Shown: positions 12,835-27,081, counted from the whole stretch's first letter. The stretch: 64,000 nt of DNA, filler included, from Hyphochytrium catenoides (GCA_900088475.1; 14 parts of 14 records of this genome joined end to end with filler, not necessarily neighbours in it); one strand, 5' to 3'. Notes: generated by a model from the sequence alone, not told the origin. Made by a program: numbers and translations.

Positions 12835-15142
12835 GAGAGCCGGGGCTTACGGCAGGAAGGAGCGGGGATCCCAGTGTAGCGACCACAGTCACCCAGTGAA
12901 CCCTGACCTCCTGCACCTGTGGACGGAGAGAGAAGAGACACGATGAGACAGGAAGAATATGTGTATAGGGGGAGAGAGAAAGAAAGAGGGGGAGAGAGAG
13001 AGCCAAAGAGAGAGAGAGAGAGAGAGTGAGAGAATGAGTTAATAGAGAGAGGATCGCAAAGAGAAATGAGACAAGACTGAAATAACCCCAGAGAAAAGAG
13101 TATATAGACATGAACCTCTCGAGTCAGAGTCAGAAGACAGAGAGAGAAAGAAGAGGGAGAAAGGGGCGGGGAGAGAGAGAGAGAAAGAGTGTGTCCTCTA
13201 ACCGTTGCTGCTTTGATAATCAGCATTGCAAGTGCAGACTCCTCTCGTGCGATCGCAGACTCCCCGCCCACTGCACTCTATTGCCTGAGAGAGAGAGAAA
13301 GAGAGACACAGGGAGACAGACACAGAGAGAGAGAAAGAGAAAGAAAGATAAAGAAGAGAGACAAGACGTAGGAGACATGACAATGAATGAGAAAGAAAAA
13401 AATAGGAGAAGAGAAAGTCAGTCTTTCGGGCAGCTCTTTCTGTATCCCATTCCCCTTCTCGCGCCTTTCTCTCTCTCTCTCTCTCTTCCTTACTCTCGCT
13501 CTCTTCCCTCTCTCTCTCTTGCTCCCATGCATGTCTTTTTTTGGTTGCCCTCCTTTCTCCCAATCGACGCGTAGACCTCGTTCCCTGTGTCACTCTTTCT
13601 CTCTCTCTCTCTTTTTCTCTCCCTCTTCATTTCTTCCCTAACCCTCTTACGCTGTTCTCTCTCTCTTCTCTCCTCTCTTTTTTCTCCCCTGTCTTTGTCT
13701 CAATATTTCTCTCTCTCTTTTCGTACGCTCCTTTCTCCCTCTCTCTCTCTCTCTTCTTCTCTCTCTTGCTTACCTCCCTCGTCCCTGCCGTGGGAGAGAA
13801 GATTTCCACTGTGACGCCTGTGTCTCCTGAGACAGTGAGGAGAGGGAGAGAGGGAGGGGGAGAGCCTGCCTGGAGATTGGAGAAAGTGAAGAGAGAGAGA
13901 GCGCCCTCTCCCCCGGCACAGAGATAGCCCGAAGGGTCCAGAAGAGAAACAGAAGTGAGAGAGACGCTGGCTGGAGCGCCGGCAACGTGGGCCTAGAGAG
14001 AGAGAGAGTGAGAGAGAGACAGAGAGATAGAGAGAGAGCAAGGTGAGAGAGAGAGAGAGAGCAAAAGAGAGAGAGAGAGAGAGAGTGTGTGAGAGGTGAG
14101 CAAAAGTAGAGTAAGAAAGACGAAGATTGATGTAAAGAAGTTAAGAGAGTAGAAAGAATTAAACATTTCAAGAGCAAGATGAGGAGGGGAAGAGAAAGAG
14201 GGGAGAGAGAGAGAAACAAGAACGAGAGAGAGAAAAGAAAAGAACGACAGAGACACAAAAAGACCGACCGAGAAAAGAGGGGGAAGGAGGGGGAGAGAGA
14301 AGGGGCGGGAGAGAGAGAGACAGACAGACAGACAGAATAACAACAGACAGACAGATAGACAGAGAGAGAAAGAGGAGAGAGAAAGAATGTAGTTAGGAGA
14401 AGAGATACAGAGAACAGGCAACGCGAAGAGGTCAAGAGAGCCAGCGCAGAAAACCCAGGGACATTAGGGAAGCTGAAGACAGAGAGAGAGAGACAGAAAT
14501 AGAGACAGAGACAGAGAGAGACAGAGAGAGACAGAGAGAGACAGAGAGAGACAGAGAGAGAGAGAGATAGTGACCTGCATGGCTGCCTCAACGTCTGTCT
14601 GCATGTTAGTGACAGAGAAGGAAGCGGAGCCGGCAACTAGAGGAGAGAGAGAGAGAGAAAAAGATCCACCAAAGCAGTCCGAACAGGTACAGCGAACCAA
14701 CTGCTGGACATTCTGAGTCGCCTGCAGACGGATGACACCAAAGANNNNNNNNNNNNNNNNNNNNNNNNNNNNNNNNNNNNNNGAGAGAGAGAGAGAGAGA
14801 GCAGAGAGGAGAGAGAGAACCAGTGGAAGAAGATGGTCAGCCTCTGTGATTCGAGCCTAACACTTAACGACATTTTCTTTTAATCCTTTCTCTCTCCTTT
14901 TCGTTCTCTGTCCTCTGGCTTCCTCTCTCCTTTGTGCCCTCGTTGTGTCTCTATCGGTCTTTCTGTTCCCTCTCTTCCTTTCCCTCCCTTTCTTTCTCGC
15001 TCTTCTTCTCTTCCTCTCTCTCTGTTCTCTCCTCTCTCTCCCTGTTTTCTTTTCCTTCCAGATATACATCTTGCGTCTTCATCTCACTCTCTAACCATAT
15101 ATAGATATATTCTCTCCTCTGCGTGTCTCTTCTCTCTCTTCC

Positions 15143-15207
<65 letters not shown>

Positions 15208-15417
15208 CTTACCTGATCTGCTTGCAGTACAAAGGCGTTAGTCCCCGTGCCCGTGAGTTTGGAAGAGAGAGAGAGAGAAGGAAGGTCGCCAGGGTTGTGC
15301 GTGAAGGTGATAGAGGTCACACTCCCGCCCGTGGTACAGACTCCAGAGGGAGAGACAGGAGAGAAAGAGACAGAGAGAGACCTAGAGTTCACTGTGTCCA
15401 AGGCCTAGTAGGTGAGT

Positions 15418-15489
<72 letters not shown>

Positions 15490-15666
15490 CAGATCCAGAG
15501 AGAGACAGATCCAGAGAGAGACAGACAGAGACAGACAGAGAAACAAAGAGAGACAGACAGAGGAAAGATGAAGATTAGCACACCTGGATTATGATGGAAG
15601 AGATAATAGCATATTGAAGAAGAGAGAAAGAGAGAGTCGAAGATGGTAGAAGGTATGGAAAGGAAA

Positions 15667-15715
<49 letters not shown>

Positions 15716-16152
15716 NNNNNNNNNNNNNNNNNGGGGGGGGGGGCATGCGGAGTGCTGGATCTCCTAAGAGGACCGAGATGATGATAGGATGCGCGAGAAA
15801 GAGAGAGAGACAGGAGAGAAAAGGGATCGGGGGAGATGGGGCATCTAAGAGACACCAGAGAGAGAGAGAAAGAGAGAGAGACAGAGAGACAGAGTGACCC
15901 GGCCTTAGACAAAGGCAGACGGAGAGAAAGAGAAAGAAGAGAAAAAGACAAAGAGAGGGAGAGAGACACACACACACACAGAGAGAGACAGAGAGAGACC
16001 GACCGACCTGCAAAGCGTTCTGAATTTTTGCTAGGCTTGCGTCGTACGGAAGGGAAGCAGTGCTTCGCCCTCTGAAGGAGAGAGAGAAACTTCCGCCGCA
16101 AGAGGCGCCGCAGAGACAAACCAACAGCTGGACTTCTGAGTCTTGGCCCTGA

Positions 16153-16183
<31 letters not shown>

Positions 16184-16515
16184 GAGACAGAGAAAGAGAC
16201 AGAAAAAGAAACCAATTTTGAGAAATAAGGGCAGAGAGACACCCAGACAAAGGTAGAAAAAGCCACAAAGAAAAAGTATTTGGAAAGAAAGGAGAGAAGG
16301 GCGACAAATAAGTGAGCTCAGAGAGAGAGAAAGAGGAGAATGGTAACATTAGTGTACGGAAAGGCAGAGAAAGAGAGAGAGAGGGAGAGAGAGAGAAAGG
16401 AACAGACTGAGGGGAAGACGGAAAGATAGAGAGACAGCGAGCGACAGAGAGCGCGAAGACAGAGAGGGGAGAGGAGAGACAGAGGGAGACGGAGACACAG
16501 TGATGAGAAAGGTAA

Positions 16516-16556
<41 letters not shown>

Positions 16557-16869
16557 CCTGTAGAACAAAGATGGGCAGTATGTATTACGGTGGTTGCTGG
16601 ATCATCCCCTGCAGGACAGAGCCTGTAAATAAAGAGCAGAGGCGGGAGAGCCAAAGGGAGAGAGACAGAAAGGAGAGAAGGAGAGAGGTGAGCGCAGGGG
16701 TCGATACTTCTACCAGTTAATAGCTGTCACCCTTCACTCTTCATCTCTCTCTCTCTTTCTCTCGACTTCTCTCTCTCTTTCTCTCTTCTGACCTTTCAGA
16801 GCAATCATAGCCTGTCCACCCTGGGTCACAGACACAGCCGTAGATCATGTCCTTGTCCCTGCAGCATAC

Positions 16870-16906
<37 letters not shown>

Positions 16907-17851
16907 GGAGGAGAGAGAGAGAGAGAAAGGAGGGGAAAAGAAGCAGCGAAAGCAAAAAGAGAATGCAAAGTTAGTGTGTGAGGGAGAACAAGATCGTAGA
17001 GATGAAGAAACAAAGAGAGACAGCGATCCAGTAGGAAAGCGTAGGAGAGATGGAGATGTTGGGGGAGAGGAGCAGAGGGAGAGCACCATGGAGTACTCCC
17101 AAAGATTAGCAAAATCGTATGGGAAAGAAAGAGAGAGAGAGAGAAATAGAGAGGGAGGAAGCGAGAGCCAATAGAGACCAGGACAGAGAGAGAGAGAGAG
17201 AGTGGAGAGAGAGAGAGAGNNNNNNNNNNNNNNNNNNNNNNNNNNNNNNNNNNNNNNNNNNNNNNNGAGAGAGAGAGAGAGAGAGACTCGCCAAAGTGAG
17301 TATGTCGTTGGCTCTTTCCCGGTGAAACTGTCGCGGTAGGCAGCGGCCTCAGCCAAACTCATACATTTCCCGTTCTTACACTGAGGGCAGCTTACTATAG
17401 AGGGGAGAGAGAGAGAGAGAGAGAGAACAGATAAGAAGTTAAGTTAGGAGGAGATGAAGAAGTGAAGAGAGAACGAAAGATAGAAACTCGCGACACAGAG
17501 ACAAAGAGCCAAACAAAGAAAAGAAAAAAAGAAGAGAGAGAGAAACCTCTTACAACCTCTGGAGATATAGACTCGAGACACAGAGGAGAGAAGAAAGAGG
17601 TGATCTCCTTAAGTACATCAACCAGAATGCACGAGGAAGTGAGAGAGAGAGAAAGAGAGAGAAAGAGAGAGAAAGAGAGAGAAAGAGAGGAAGAGAGAGA
17701 GAGAGTGAACGAGAGAAAAGGATAGAAAGAGAGAGGAGAATTCCTTACAGCGTTCGCAGGCAGCTCCATCAAACGGAGGAGAGCAGAGGCAGTTCCCAGT
17801 CTTCCGATCACAGACTCCCTACCGACCAAGAGAGAGAGAGCATATCAGGAG

Positions 17852-17890
<39 letters not shown>

Positions 17891-18238
17891 AAATTGAAGG
17901 ACCAGAAAGAGGCAAGAGCTGAACCACATCTGGCAGAGAAGGGCAGCCAAAGTTGAAGTAATAAAAGAACTGGAGAGGGGAGAGAGAGAGAACGGTAGGG
18001 AACGAGAGGGATTCTGATAGAGAGAGAGAGTTTTTACAGAGTTTGAAACAAAAAGAGAGGGAGAGAGAGAGACAGAGAGACAGAGAAAGAGAGAGAGACG
18101 GAGCCTTTACCTTGTTGCTACATTCTACTTCCGGGACGTGGATCGTGTCTGTGTCCAAGGCAAAACCTGCCCAGGAAGTTCCCAGAGCGCAACTTCGCAG
18201 CTCACACCGCGGGCCCGTCCAGCCAGGCTGACAGGAGC

Positions 18239-18306
<68 letters not shown>

Positions 18307-18841
18307 GAGAGAGATAAGGTAGAGTGAGAATTGTCAGTACTGGGGAGTGGAAAAGGGTAAAGAAAGTTTGTGAAGCCGTCGTCGTGAGCAAGACAGGTCA
18401 CAGAAGGAAGAGGAGAGAGAGAAAGAGACAGAGAGAAAGAGAGACAAAGAGAGAGAGGGAGAGGGAGAGAGAGACAGAGGGGGGTCAAGGATGAGAGAGC
18501 TCGACCAGTAGAGGAGAGGGAGAGAGAGAGAGATGAGGGAGTGCGAAAGACACAGAAGAAAGAAGAGAGAAAAAGAGACCAGACTGAGGAAGATTTTCTT
18601 CTCTCTCCTACCAAGTTAGCGTCTCTGGGTCGCAGACTCCTCTCTCGCTGCAGGTGCAGGTGGAAGAGAGAGCGGCCGTCTGAGAGGCGGAAGCAGGGGA
18701 GAGAGAGGAGAAGAGAGAAAGAGAGAGAACGCAAAGAACCAGAAAGGTCACACGAGATGTCTGAAAAAGGGAGAGACGAGAAGAGACAAGGAGCCTCCTC
18801 GTCTCTCTCCCCAGGGCTTGCTCTCTCTTAGCCTTTGCCAT
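8288..18841 (-). CDS. Large secreted EGF/tenascin-repeat protein of the stramenopile Sig1 / tubular-mastigoneme (Ocm1) type, about 20 exons, 3' truncated
   Basis: Exons include 18841-18612 (hydrophobic signal-like stretch, CTCSERGVCDPETLTC), 18237-18111, 17818-17749, 17394-17292, 16858-16793 (WDKDMIYGCVCDPGWTGYDCSER), 16622-16589 (LCPAGDDP), 16148-16008, 15404-15213, ~14722-14574, ~13992-13774, ~13284-13203 (ECSGRGVCDRTRGVCTC), ~12917-12851, ~12388-12293, ~11862-11777, 11481-11460, ~11043-10996, ~10630-10455, ~10098-10034, ~9143-9071, ~8967-8890 and ~8453-8288. At least one exon near 9.2-10 kb was not found; there is an N gap there. Confidence 0.85.
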
Positions 18842-19028
18842 GATGAAGCAGCCACAATCGTAAGATAGACTTGGTCTCTTTTCTCCTTCTCTGACAAACC
18901 TCTCTTTCCTCTGTCTAGACTGTTACCAATGACAAATCTCAGTCTGCAGGTTTGTCTCCCAAAGAGAAAAGAAATTCAGAGAATGAAGAAGGAAGCTCCT
19001 TCAGCAGTACGGAGACTGAGTCATACAG

Positions 19029-19074
<46 letters not shown>

Positions 19075-19948
19075 AGAGAAAGAGAGACAGAGTTATTGAC
19101 CCTCCAGTGCACAAGAGAGAGGGAATTGGTGGTTAGAAAAGTTTAGAGCGTTGCTCTTAGTCTTTGGTAGTGCGCAGAAGAGGAGCAGTGTCCAATCATT
19201 AGGACATAAAGACTCTTAGGACAACAAGATAAGAGGAGGGATATAGGAGGTCAGACAGAGAGAGAGAGGGAGAGAGAGAGAGAGAGAGGAAGAGAGAGGG
19301 AGAGAGAGGGAGAGAGAGAGAAGTGTGGGCACCAAAAGAGGAGAAAGAGAAACCTCTAAGATCTATAATGGAGCAAGCTGAAAGACTCTTCTCTCCGTCT
19401 CTTTCTCTCCCTCGTTGATGGTCAGTTACAAACCAGAAAGGAGAGAGCCGGGAAAAGGGGCGAGGAGCGGGAGAGAGAGAGAAGACTTGACAGGAGCAAG
19501 ACAGAACAGAAGGCGAGGAGAGAGAGCGAGGAGAGAGTGAAAGAGAGGGGAGACAGAGAGAGAGGAGAGAGAGAGAGAAGAGAGAAGAGACACAGAGAAA
19601 AGGACAGAGAGAGGGAGAGAAAGAGAGGCAGACAGAGTGCTTCTGACCGTTTCAGATGCTTTAGCCGGTTATCAGTATCTGTACTGCTTCGTTAATATTT
19701 GGCTTTAGTTCGGTTGAACGATAACCGGAACTGGAGTGGACTAAGGGTAGCGCGATAAAGATTATCAATTCTTTGATTCCTCATGTCTGTGTTGTGATAT
19801 CTCGCAACCAGTTCACCTATTTACCCCTGTCTTCTGACGTCAGAACATCGCACTGTCTCGTGCTCGGTCAAAACAAACGGGAGGGCCTGTTTGCACCAAA
19901 AAAAATACGACGCTCTTTCAGCGACCCTACAGTAATAATCTTTGCACA

Positions 19949-19981
<33 letters not shown>

Positions 19982-20033
19982 CAGAGAGACAGAGAGACAG
20001 AGAGACAGAGAGGAATGGAGACAGAGAGAGGGG

Positions 20034-20068
<35 letters not shown>

Positions 20069-20655
20069 GAGAGAGAGAGAAAGAGAGAGAGAGAGGGAGA
20101 GAGAGAGAGGAGAGCGAGAGAGAGAGAAAGACATGGGAAGAAAGCAAAAGAGAGAGATTATTACCGTAAAAGAGATAAGAAAGGGATGACTTGGAGAAGA
20201 GTGAGATATTTTATAGAGAGAGAGTTGAGAGAGACAAGAGCTTTAGGCAGGAGACGAGAGGGAAGAGAGACAGAAAGAGAGCAAGAGAGAGAGAGAGGAC
20301 AAGAGGAAGTAAAAAAGGCAAGAGAGAGAGAGAGAGATCTTTGCATGAAGTGCGTACATAAGAGGCATGAGAAGGGAAGGAGAGAACATCAACAGGAAAT
20401 GGAGCGGCACAAAAGGGGAAACAGGAGAGATGAAGAGAAAGAGAGAGAAAGAGAGGGACAGACGAGAGATAAGAGAGCGCGTCAGGGTAGAAAAGAGAGG
20501 AGAACAAAGTTTAACAGGAATGTCTCTTCAGTGCAGCTGATTCTCCACTTGCTCTCTCCTCACTCTTTCCGTCTCCGAGAGAGAGAGAGAGGAAGGCAGG
20601 GGGGATGATCAAGCTGGTAGGTCTTCTAGAGCTCTCGGAGTAAAATGATAGAGGG

Positions 20656-20690
<35 letters not shown>

Positions 20691-20856
20691 CATGGTCAGT
20701 AGAGGAAAATCAAATCAAGGCCAAAGCAATCCAGCGCTTCGTTGTCAGGACCAACGGAAGAGAGAGAGGTTAGAGAAGAAGAGACCCTAAAAGAGACGGA
20801 AAGAGAAAGGCGGAGCGAGAGAGAGAGAGAGAGAAGAGTCTCTTTCTCTGTTTAAG

Positions 20857-21563
20857 ATGGATCATAAGAAAAAGAGAGAAGCAGATAGCATCAGCTTCAT
20901 CAAGCGACAGAAAAGCGAAGATCCGACGGCAGTCTCTCTCTCCCTCATCTCTTCACCTGCAGAAAGAGAAGAACCGTCTCAAGAAGAGAGAGAACCGGAG
21001 AGAAAAGATTTGAGAGAGACAGAGAGAGGAGACAAAGCGAGAGAGAAAGAGAGAGAAAGAGAAGAAGATCAGCCAGAGAGCGAAGAAGGAATGATGGCAA
21101 CGGCTCAGATCGATGCGGAGCTTCACCAACCTCGAGGCGCTGATGCAGGTGGGAGAGGAATGGGGAAAGAAGAGAGAGGGGAAGAGAGAGAGAGAGAGAG
21201 TAAGACGGAGAGAAGGAGATGATGGTGGCATCATAACAAAGGAAGTGAATGCCTCTCTTTATAGTTCTGCAGGCGAATGGGCACAAGAAAGAGAGAGAGA
21301 GAAGAGAGAGAGATAGAGAGAAGGACGTTATTTTTATATGTCTACGCCTTTGACCCTGACTCTTCCTCTGAGCAAAACTGCTCTCTCTATTGACGCCTCT
21401 CCGTCTTTCTTTCTCTCTTCTTTCTTTGTAGTGCTGACCCCCATGAAGGTGACAGAGGAGCTTTTCTCGGCTCCCTCTTCTATCTCTTATGGAGTCTTCA
21501 AAACGCAGGGCAGGAGAGAGTACATGGAAGACAGACACGTTGCAGTGCCAAAGTCAGACTCTC

Positions 21564-21608
<45 letters not shown>

Positions 21609-22286
21609 TTTATGCCGTCCTTCTATGTAAGGGTTCTTTCTTTCTCTCTGATTTACTTCTGTTTCGTTTCTCTGCCCTACCATAGATTTTGCCACAGATG
21701 TCGTTCCCTCCTCTGTTTTCTATTCTGCTACCCTTCCTCTCTCTCTCTCTCTCTCTCTCTGTCTGTCTCCCTCGATTTGGCCCTGTTTTGTTCTGTCCCC
21801 GAGCCAGTCATCATCGACACCTTAAAATCATCAGTCTACCTGCCATTGACTCTCTCTCTCTTTTCACTCACCTCTTTCTTCCTTTTCATTTCTCTTTCTT
21901 TTTTATCGCTGTGTCTCTCTCTCTCTTTCTCGCTCCTCCCCTGGTTTCTCCCCTGGCAGAGTACTGGCGAACGAAGAGCGGTCTCCGGGGCTATTTGCTG
22001 TCTTTGACGGTGAGTGAGGGGAACACAAAGTCTGAGGCGCACGGTCTTCCCTCTTTCTCTCCCTGTTTCCCCCTCGTCATTCTTCCTTTCTCTCTCCCTC
22101 TCTCTCTCCTTCGCTTTTGATATTCCCCTCGCCATTCTGTCTTTTGACTTGTTTTCTTCTTTCTTATTCCCTACGCCTACTTATCTCTCTTACCTTCTCT
22201 TTCTCTTGTTTCCCTGTCTCTCTTTTTACCTTCTCTCTGTTCATATCTCCGTCTTGTTATCCTTGACTATGCACTTCTTCTCTCTT

Positions 22287-22324
<38 letters not shown>

Positions 22325-22775
22325 CTTTCTCTCTATAGGCCATGCTGGCTCTGAAGCTGCGCAATACGCCGCCCGCCGTCTCCCTCAGGTTGTGAGAGAG
22401 ATTCTCTCTCCAAAAATGGGAGAAGAAAGAGAGAGAGAAGGACTTTCTGGTCTGGATCTTGTAAAGACCTTAGAAGAGAGCCTCAGCGCCATAGAAGCGG
22501 AACTCTTAGGAAAAGAAGAGAAAGAAGGAGAGAAAGAGAAAGAGATTGTGGACGGCACCACTGCTCTCTGTCTTCTCCTCACGAGACAGAGAGCGTTTAT
22601 TGCTAATGTAGGAGATAGTCGGGCTGTCTTGATAGAGAGAGAGAGAGCGATGCGTCTCTCTGTAGACCACAAGCCCAATCATGAGAAAGAGAAAGACAGA
22701 ATAGAGAGCCATGGCGGAATGGTAAGTTGGTTTCTCTCTCTTTTTCTCTCTCCTCTCGCTCCCTCTTTCTTCTCT

Positions 22776-22807
<32 letters not shown>

Positions 22808-23119
22808 ACCTCTCTTTCTCCGTGAATCCGCAGTCCTTAATGTTTGACCTCCTCTCTGCTTCGCCACTTCTCTTTCTTTATCTGTTGTTCTCGTTTTCGT
22901 TCTCTCACTTCTCTCTCTCCCTCCCCGCCTCTCTCATTCTCTCTCTCTTTTGCCTCCGTCTCTCTTCGTCTTGTGCTCTCCTCTCTCTCTCTCCCTTGTT
23001 TTCTCTCTCTCTCTCTCTCTCTCTCCAACACTTCTGCTCTTTGCTCTCTTTCTTCCTATCTCTCTTTTCTCCTCTCTCCCACTCTTTGCTTCCACCCTCT
23101 CTCTCTTCTCTCTATCTCT

Positions 23120-23153
<34 letters not shown>

Positions 23154-23552
23154 GGTAATAAAGTACGGGGTATGGCGAGTGGCCCACCCAGCAGTCAACA
23201 GTGTGCTGGCCATGAGCCGCAGCTTGGGAGATCCGAAATTTAAAGAAAAACTTTCGGAGGGGCCCGTTGTCTCTTCTCTCCCGACCATCACCAGCGTCAA
23301 ACTGAGAGAGGGAGATCTATGCATTATACTAGCAAGGTGAGAGAAAGAGAGACGGGAGAAAGAGAGAGAGAAGAGGGAAAGAGAGAGAGAAAGATTCTTT
23401 CGGTTGCTCTCTGTTGGCGCTCTATATTCACCGGCTCTCCCTTCCTCTCTCTTCCCTCAGTCTACCCTCTTCCCTGTCCATTTGCTCTCTGTCTCTCTTC
23501 ATCTCCCTCCACTACTCTCATTAACGTACGTCCCTCGTTTCTCATTCGCTCT

Positions 23553-23617
<65 letters not shown>

Positions 23618-23869
23618 TCTCTTCTCTCTCTCTTTCTCCTTCTCAGCGACGGGGTCTGGGACGCAGTCTCTGACGAGGATGCGCGGGAGCTGGTTTTGCA
23701 GTGTTTCTCTAGCACGAGTGCGGGAGAGAGAGAAGGAGGAGGGAGAGAGAGAGAGAGAGGACCCTCGGCTGCTCAGTGTCACCAGGCAGCCAAGATGCTG
23801 ACGGAGGAAGCCCTCAAACGCGGGAGCACCGATAATATCACTGCCATTGTCATAGGCCTACAGCCCTAA
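20857..23869 (+). CDS. PP2C / PPM-family protein phosphatase (the first exon, 20857-21148, is tentative)
   Basis: Exons 21432-21552, 21960-22009, 22339-22721, 23155-23336 and 23647-23869 splice in phase. They give QGRREYMEDR, FAVFDGHAG, DGTTA, ANVGDSRAVL, LSVDHKP, LAMSRSLGD, ILASDGVWD and GSTDNITAIVI, the PPM metal-binding motifs. Confidence 0.95.
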
Positions 23870-24713
23870 TCCCGAAAATAATTCAACTGTCCCAAGAGTT
23901 CCAAACATCGGGAAATATAGCGTATGTTTCGGAATATGGGAAGGTAATAAGTCTATGACGTTTGGGATATTTCAATGCAATACGAATTATTGATGACTCT
24001 TCACCCGAAAATAGCAGCAGGAGGAGGAGGACTTAACGAAGGGTGATGAAGATATCCTCATCTTTCTCTTTCTCGCTCGATCTTGTCTCTCTCTCTTCTT
24101 CTCTCTCTCGCTCGCCCACCCTGTTCTCCTCTCTTGCTCGGCTATCAGCTCCTTTCTCTCATCGCTTTCAGTTCTGGTTCCTCCCCCTTGTTCCGGGATA
24201 ATTTGAGAGTGAGAAAGAGTATGGAAAGTGGAGGAAGACAAAAGGATTGAGAAGAGAGAAGGGGAATGGTCAGGGAGGAGAGAGGAGGCCAAAGGATGAT
24301 GGCCTGTACCTATCTAAGAGCTTCCTAAATGAAAGGCCTATATGAATTTCTCTCCTACCATCTCTCCCCTCTGTTCTTTCTTCTCTGGCTCCCTTTTGTT
24401 TATAGAGAGAAATGTAAGGAACAGATACAGGGAGACAAATGGCGGAAAAAATCAAGGAGGGCGAAAGAGAGGAAAAGGAGAGAGACAGAGAGAGAGAGAG
24501 AGCGATGACTTTTGGGAGATTGGGTGGGAGAGGTGAAGGGCAACAAACTAGACAACCACTAATTACTGAAGTTGTTTGGAATAAATGACTCACTACGGCA
24601 GGGATTCTCTACCAGTAGTCTCTACATCAAGAATTGGTATGTCCGTTACAGAAAATTGGGATTCGTGGATTTTTTTGACAGCGACTGGCGCAGGACGAAG
24701 GGGGAGGAAGGGG

Positions 24714-24749
<36 letters not shown>

Positions 24750-24916
24750 AGAAAGAGAGAGACGATTGGACAGTAAGGATGAGACAGAACAAAGTCAGGG
24801 AAGTGGAAGCTAAGTAAAGAGGGAGAAGGGACAGAAGGTAGACAGAAGAGAAGAGGGATGGGTAAGGAAACATTGATTCTCTAGAGCAAAGGAGGACCAG
24901 AGAAGAGAGGGAACGA

Positions 24917-24951
<35 letters not shown>

Positions 24952-25623
24952 GAGAGAAGGCAGTTGGAAGACAAAAAAATCTCGCGCTCCGTGCCAGCGA
25001 CGTCGGAGAAGGAAGAGAAAAGGATGCGGAAAAGGAAAGCAAACATTCTGCCCTTACTCCCGTCCTTTCTCTGTCTCTTCTCACCCTTTTATCTTCCCAG
25101 CTCTCTTTCTCTCTCTCTGTCCCTTCTGTCTCTAACCCCTTCGCGCCATCTCTCTCTGTTTCACTCTGTTTCTTCTTTTCGTCAATCTCTACTCGCGATG
25201 TGCGCCGGCGGGACCAGGACCACTGTCCCCTCCTTCTCTCTTTCCCTTTATCTCTTTCTCTATCTCTCTCTCTCTCCTCTGCCGCTCCGGGGCTGGAGCT
25301 TGAAAGTCTCTTATTGACAGGAGGCTCACATAACCAAGAGAGGGAAAGATAAAAAGGAAAGACAGGGAGGAAGAGGGGAAGAGAAAAGGCAATAGGAAGA
25401 GAAGAAAGAGACATCTGGGGAAAAGCGAACAAAAGAGAAGAGAGAAGAAGATCATCACGAGATGAATCCTCGCTTATTTCTCTCTCTCTCTTCTTATCAA
25501 CGTCGCCAGGAACGCGATAGAAGATAGACCCTAAAAAAGAACGAGAACAGGAAGAGACAAGGGGAAAAAAAGGAAGAAAGAGAAAGAGGGAGAGAGAGAA
25601 GGAGAGTGGAAAACCTCATAAAC

Positions 25624-26191
25624 ATGAAGAGGGCAGCGGAAGGGGGATCTGAGGCTATTGGGACGGGAAGGCATAGGTTCTCTACTGCTGGAGAAGGAGA
25701 AAAAGGAGGGAGGAAAGAAAGAGAGAACGGAGAGAAAGAGAGAGAGACATCTTCTTTCTCTCCCTCCCCTCCACTCCGGTTGGACAGTAGCACTAGGCGC
25801 CGTCCTGGGACGAGTGGCGACGGATTGGGGGCAGGAGGAGGCACAAGAAGATCGCTTTCGAAGGTATGTCTCTCTCTCTCTCTCTCTTTTCTCTCACTTG
25901 GTCCAATCTCACCCTCCGTCTCTCTTTCTCTCTATCTCTCACGCACTCTCCCTCCCTCCCTCCCTCCCCTCTTCTTGTCGCTCCAGTACATCTCCATCTC
26001 TCTCTCCAAGTGCACTTGCTACCATTATGTGTCTTTCTCTATCTCGCCGCGTCCTTCTCTCTGATCCTCTCGTCACTCGCTTTTCTCTTTCTCTCTTACC
26101 TTGGCGCACTCCTTCGTTTTACTACCTTTAATCTCTCCCGCCTGTTACTTCTCTGTCTATTCTTTTTTCGTCTGTTTCTTCTTTCTTTCTT

Positions 26192-26222
<31 letters not shown>

Positions 26223-26566
26223 TCAAGTTCTCTCATTCTCTCTCTTCTTTGGTGGTTACCTTCTCTCTTTCCCAGTACTCTCGCATTTTCTCTTTCTCTT
26301 TTTTCAGCTCTGCACTCCGCTGCTGTCCACTCTGTCTTCCTCTTTCTTCGCATTCTTGTGTGTGAAAGAACACCTTTCTTCATCTTTGTGTCTAGGGCGA
26401 GGAATCCGAGAGGCCAAGCTCCAGCACCTCGAGCAGCCGACGGTCGCTTGTCAAGGTCGCCTCTCTCTCTCTCTCTCTCTTTCCCATCTCTCTTTCTCAT
26501 CTCTCCCTCTCTCCTTCTCTGTCTTCCTCTCTCTCTCCCCTTCTCTGTCTTCCTCTCCCTCTCTCT

Positions 26567-26602
<36 letters not shown>

Positions 26603-27039
26603 CTTTCCCTCTCACTCTCTCTTTCTCCTCTCTCTCTCACTCACTCTCACTCTCTCTCTCTTTGTCTCTCTCTCCCCCACTCTCTCTCTCTGTCCCTAGA
26701 ACGCGAGCCCGCTCTCTCTTCTTTCCTTGTCGCGGCCCCTTTCTCTCTATCATGATCTCTCAATCTCTAGCTTCTTTCTTCTCTCTCTTATACCTCTTTC
26801 CTTCATAGCTGCTCTCTCTCTCTATATATCGTCTTTCCTATCTCCCGTCAGCTTCTTCTATCTCCTCTTTCCCTCTAATTTCTCATGATATGCAATCTTT
26901 TGGTTCGTTTCGTCATCTCATCGTCACTCTATCATCCTCTCTCTTTCTCTCTAGCTCTCTCTCTCTGTCTCTCACGTTGTCTATTTCTCTCGCTCGTGCA
27001 CTCCTTCTTCTTCGATTCACTACTCTCCATCAAACATCG

Positions 27040-27081
<42 letters not shown>

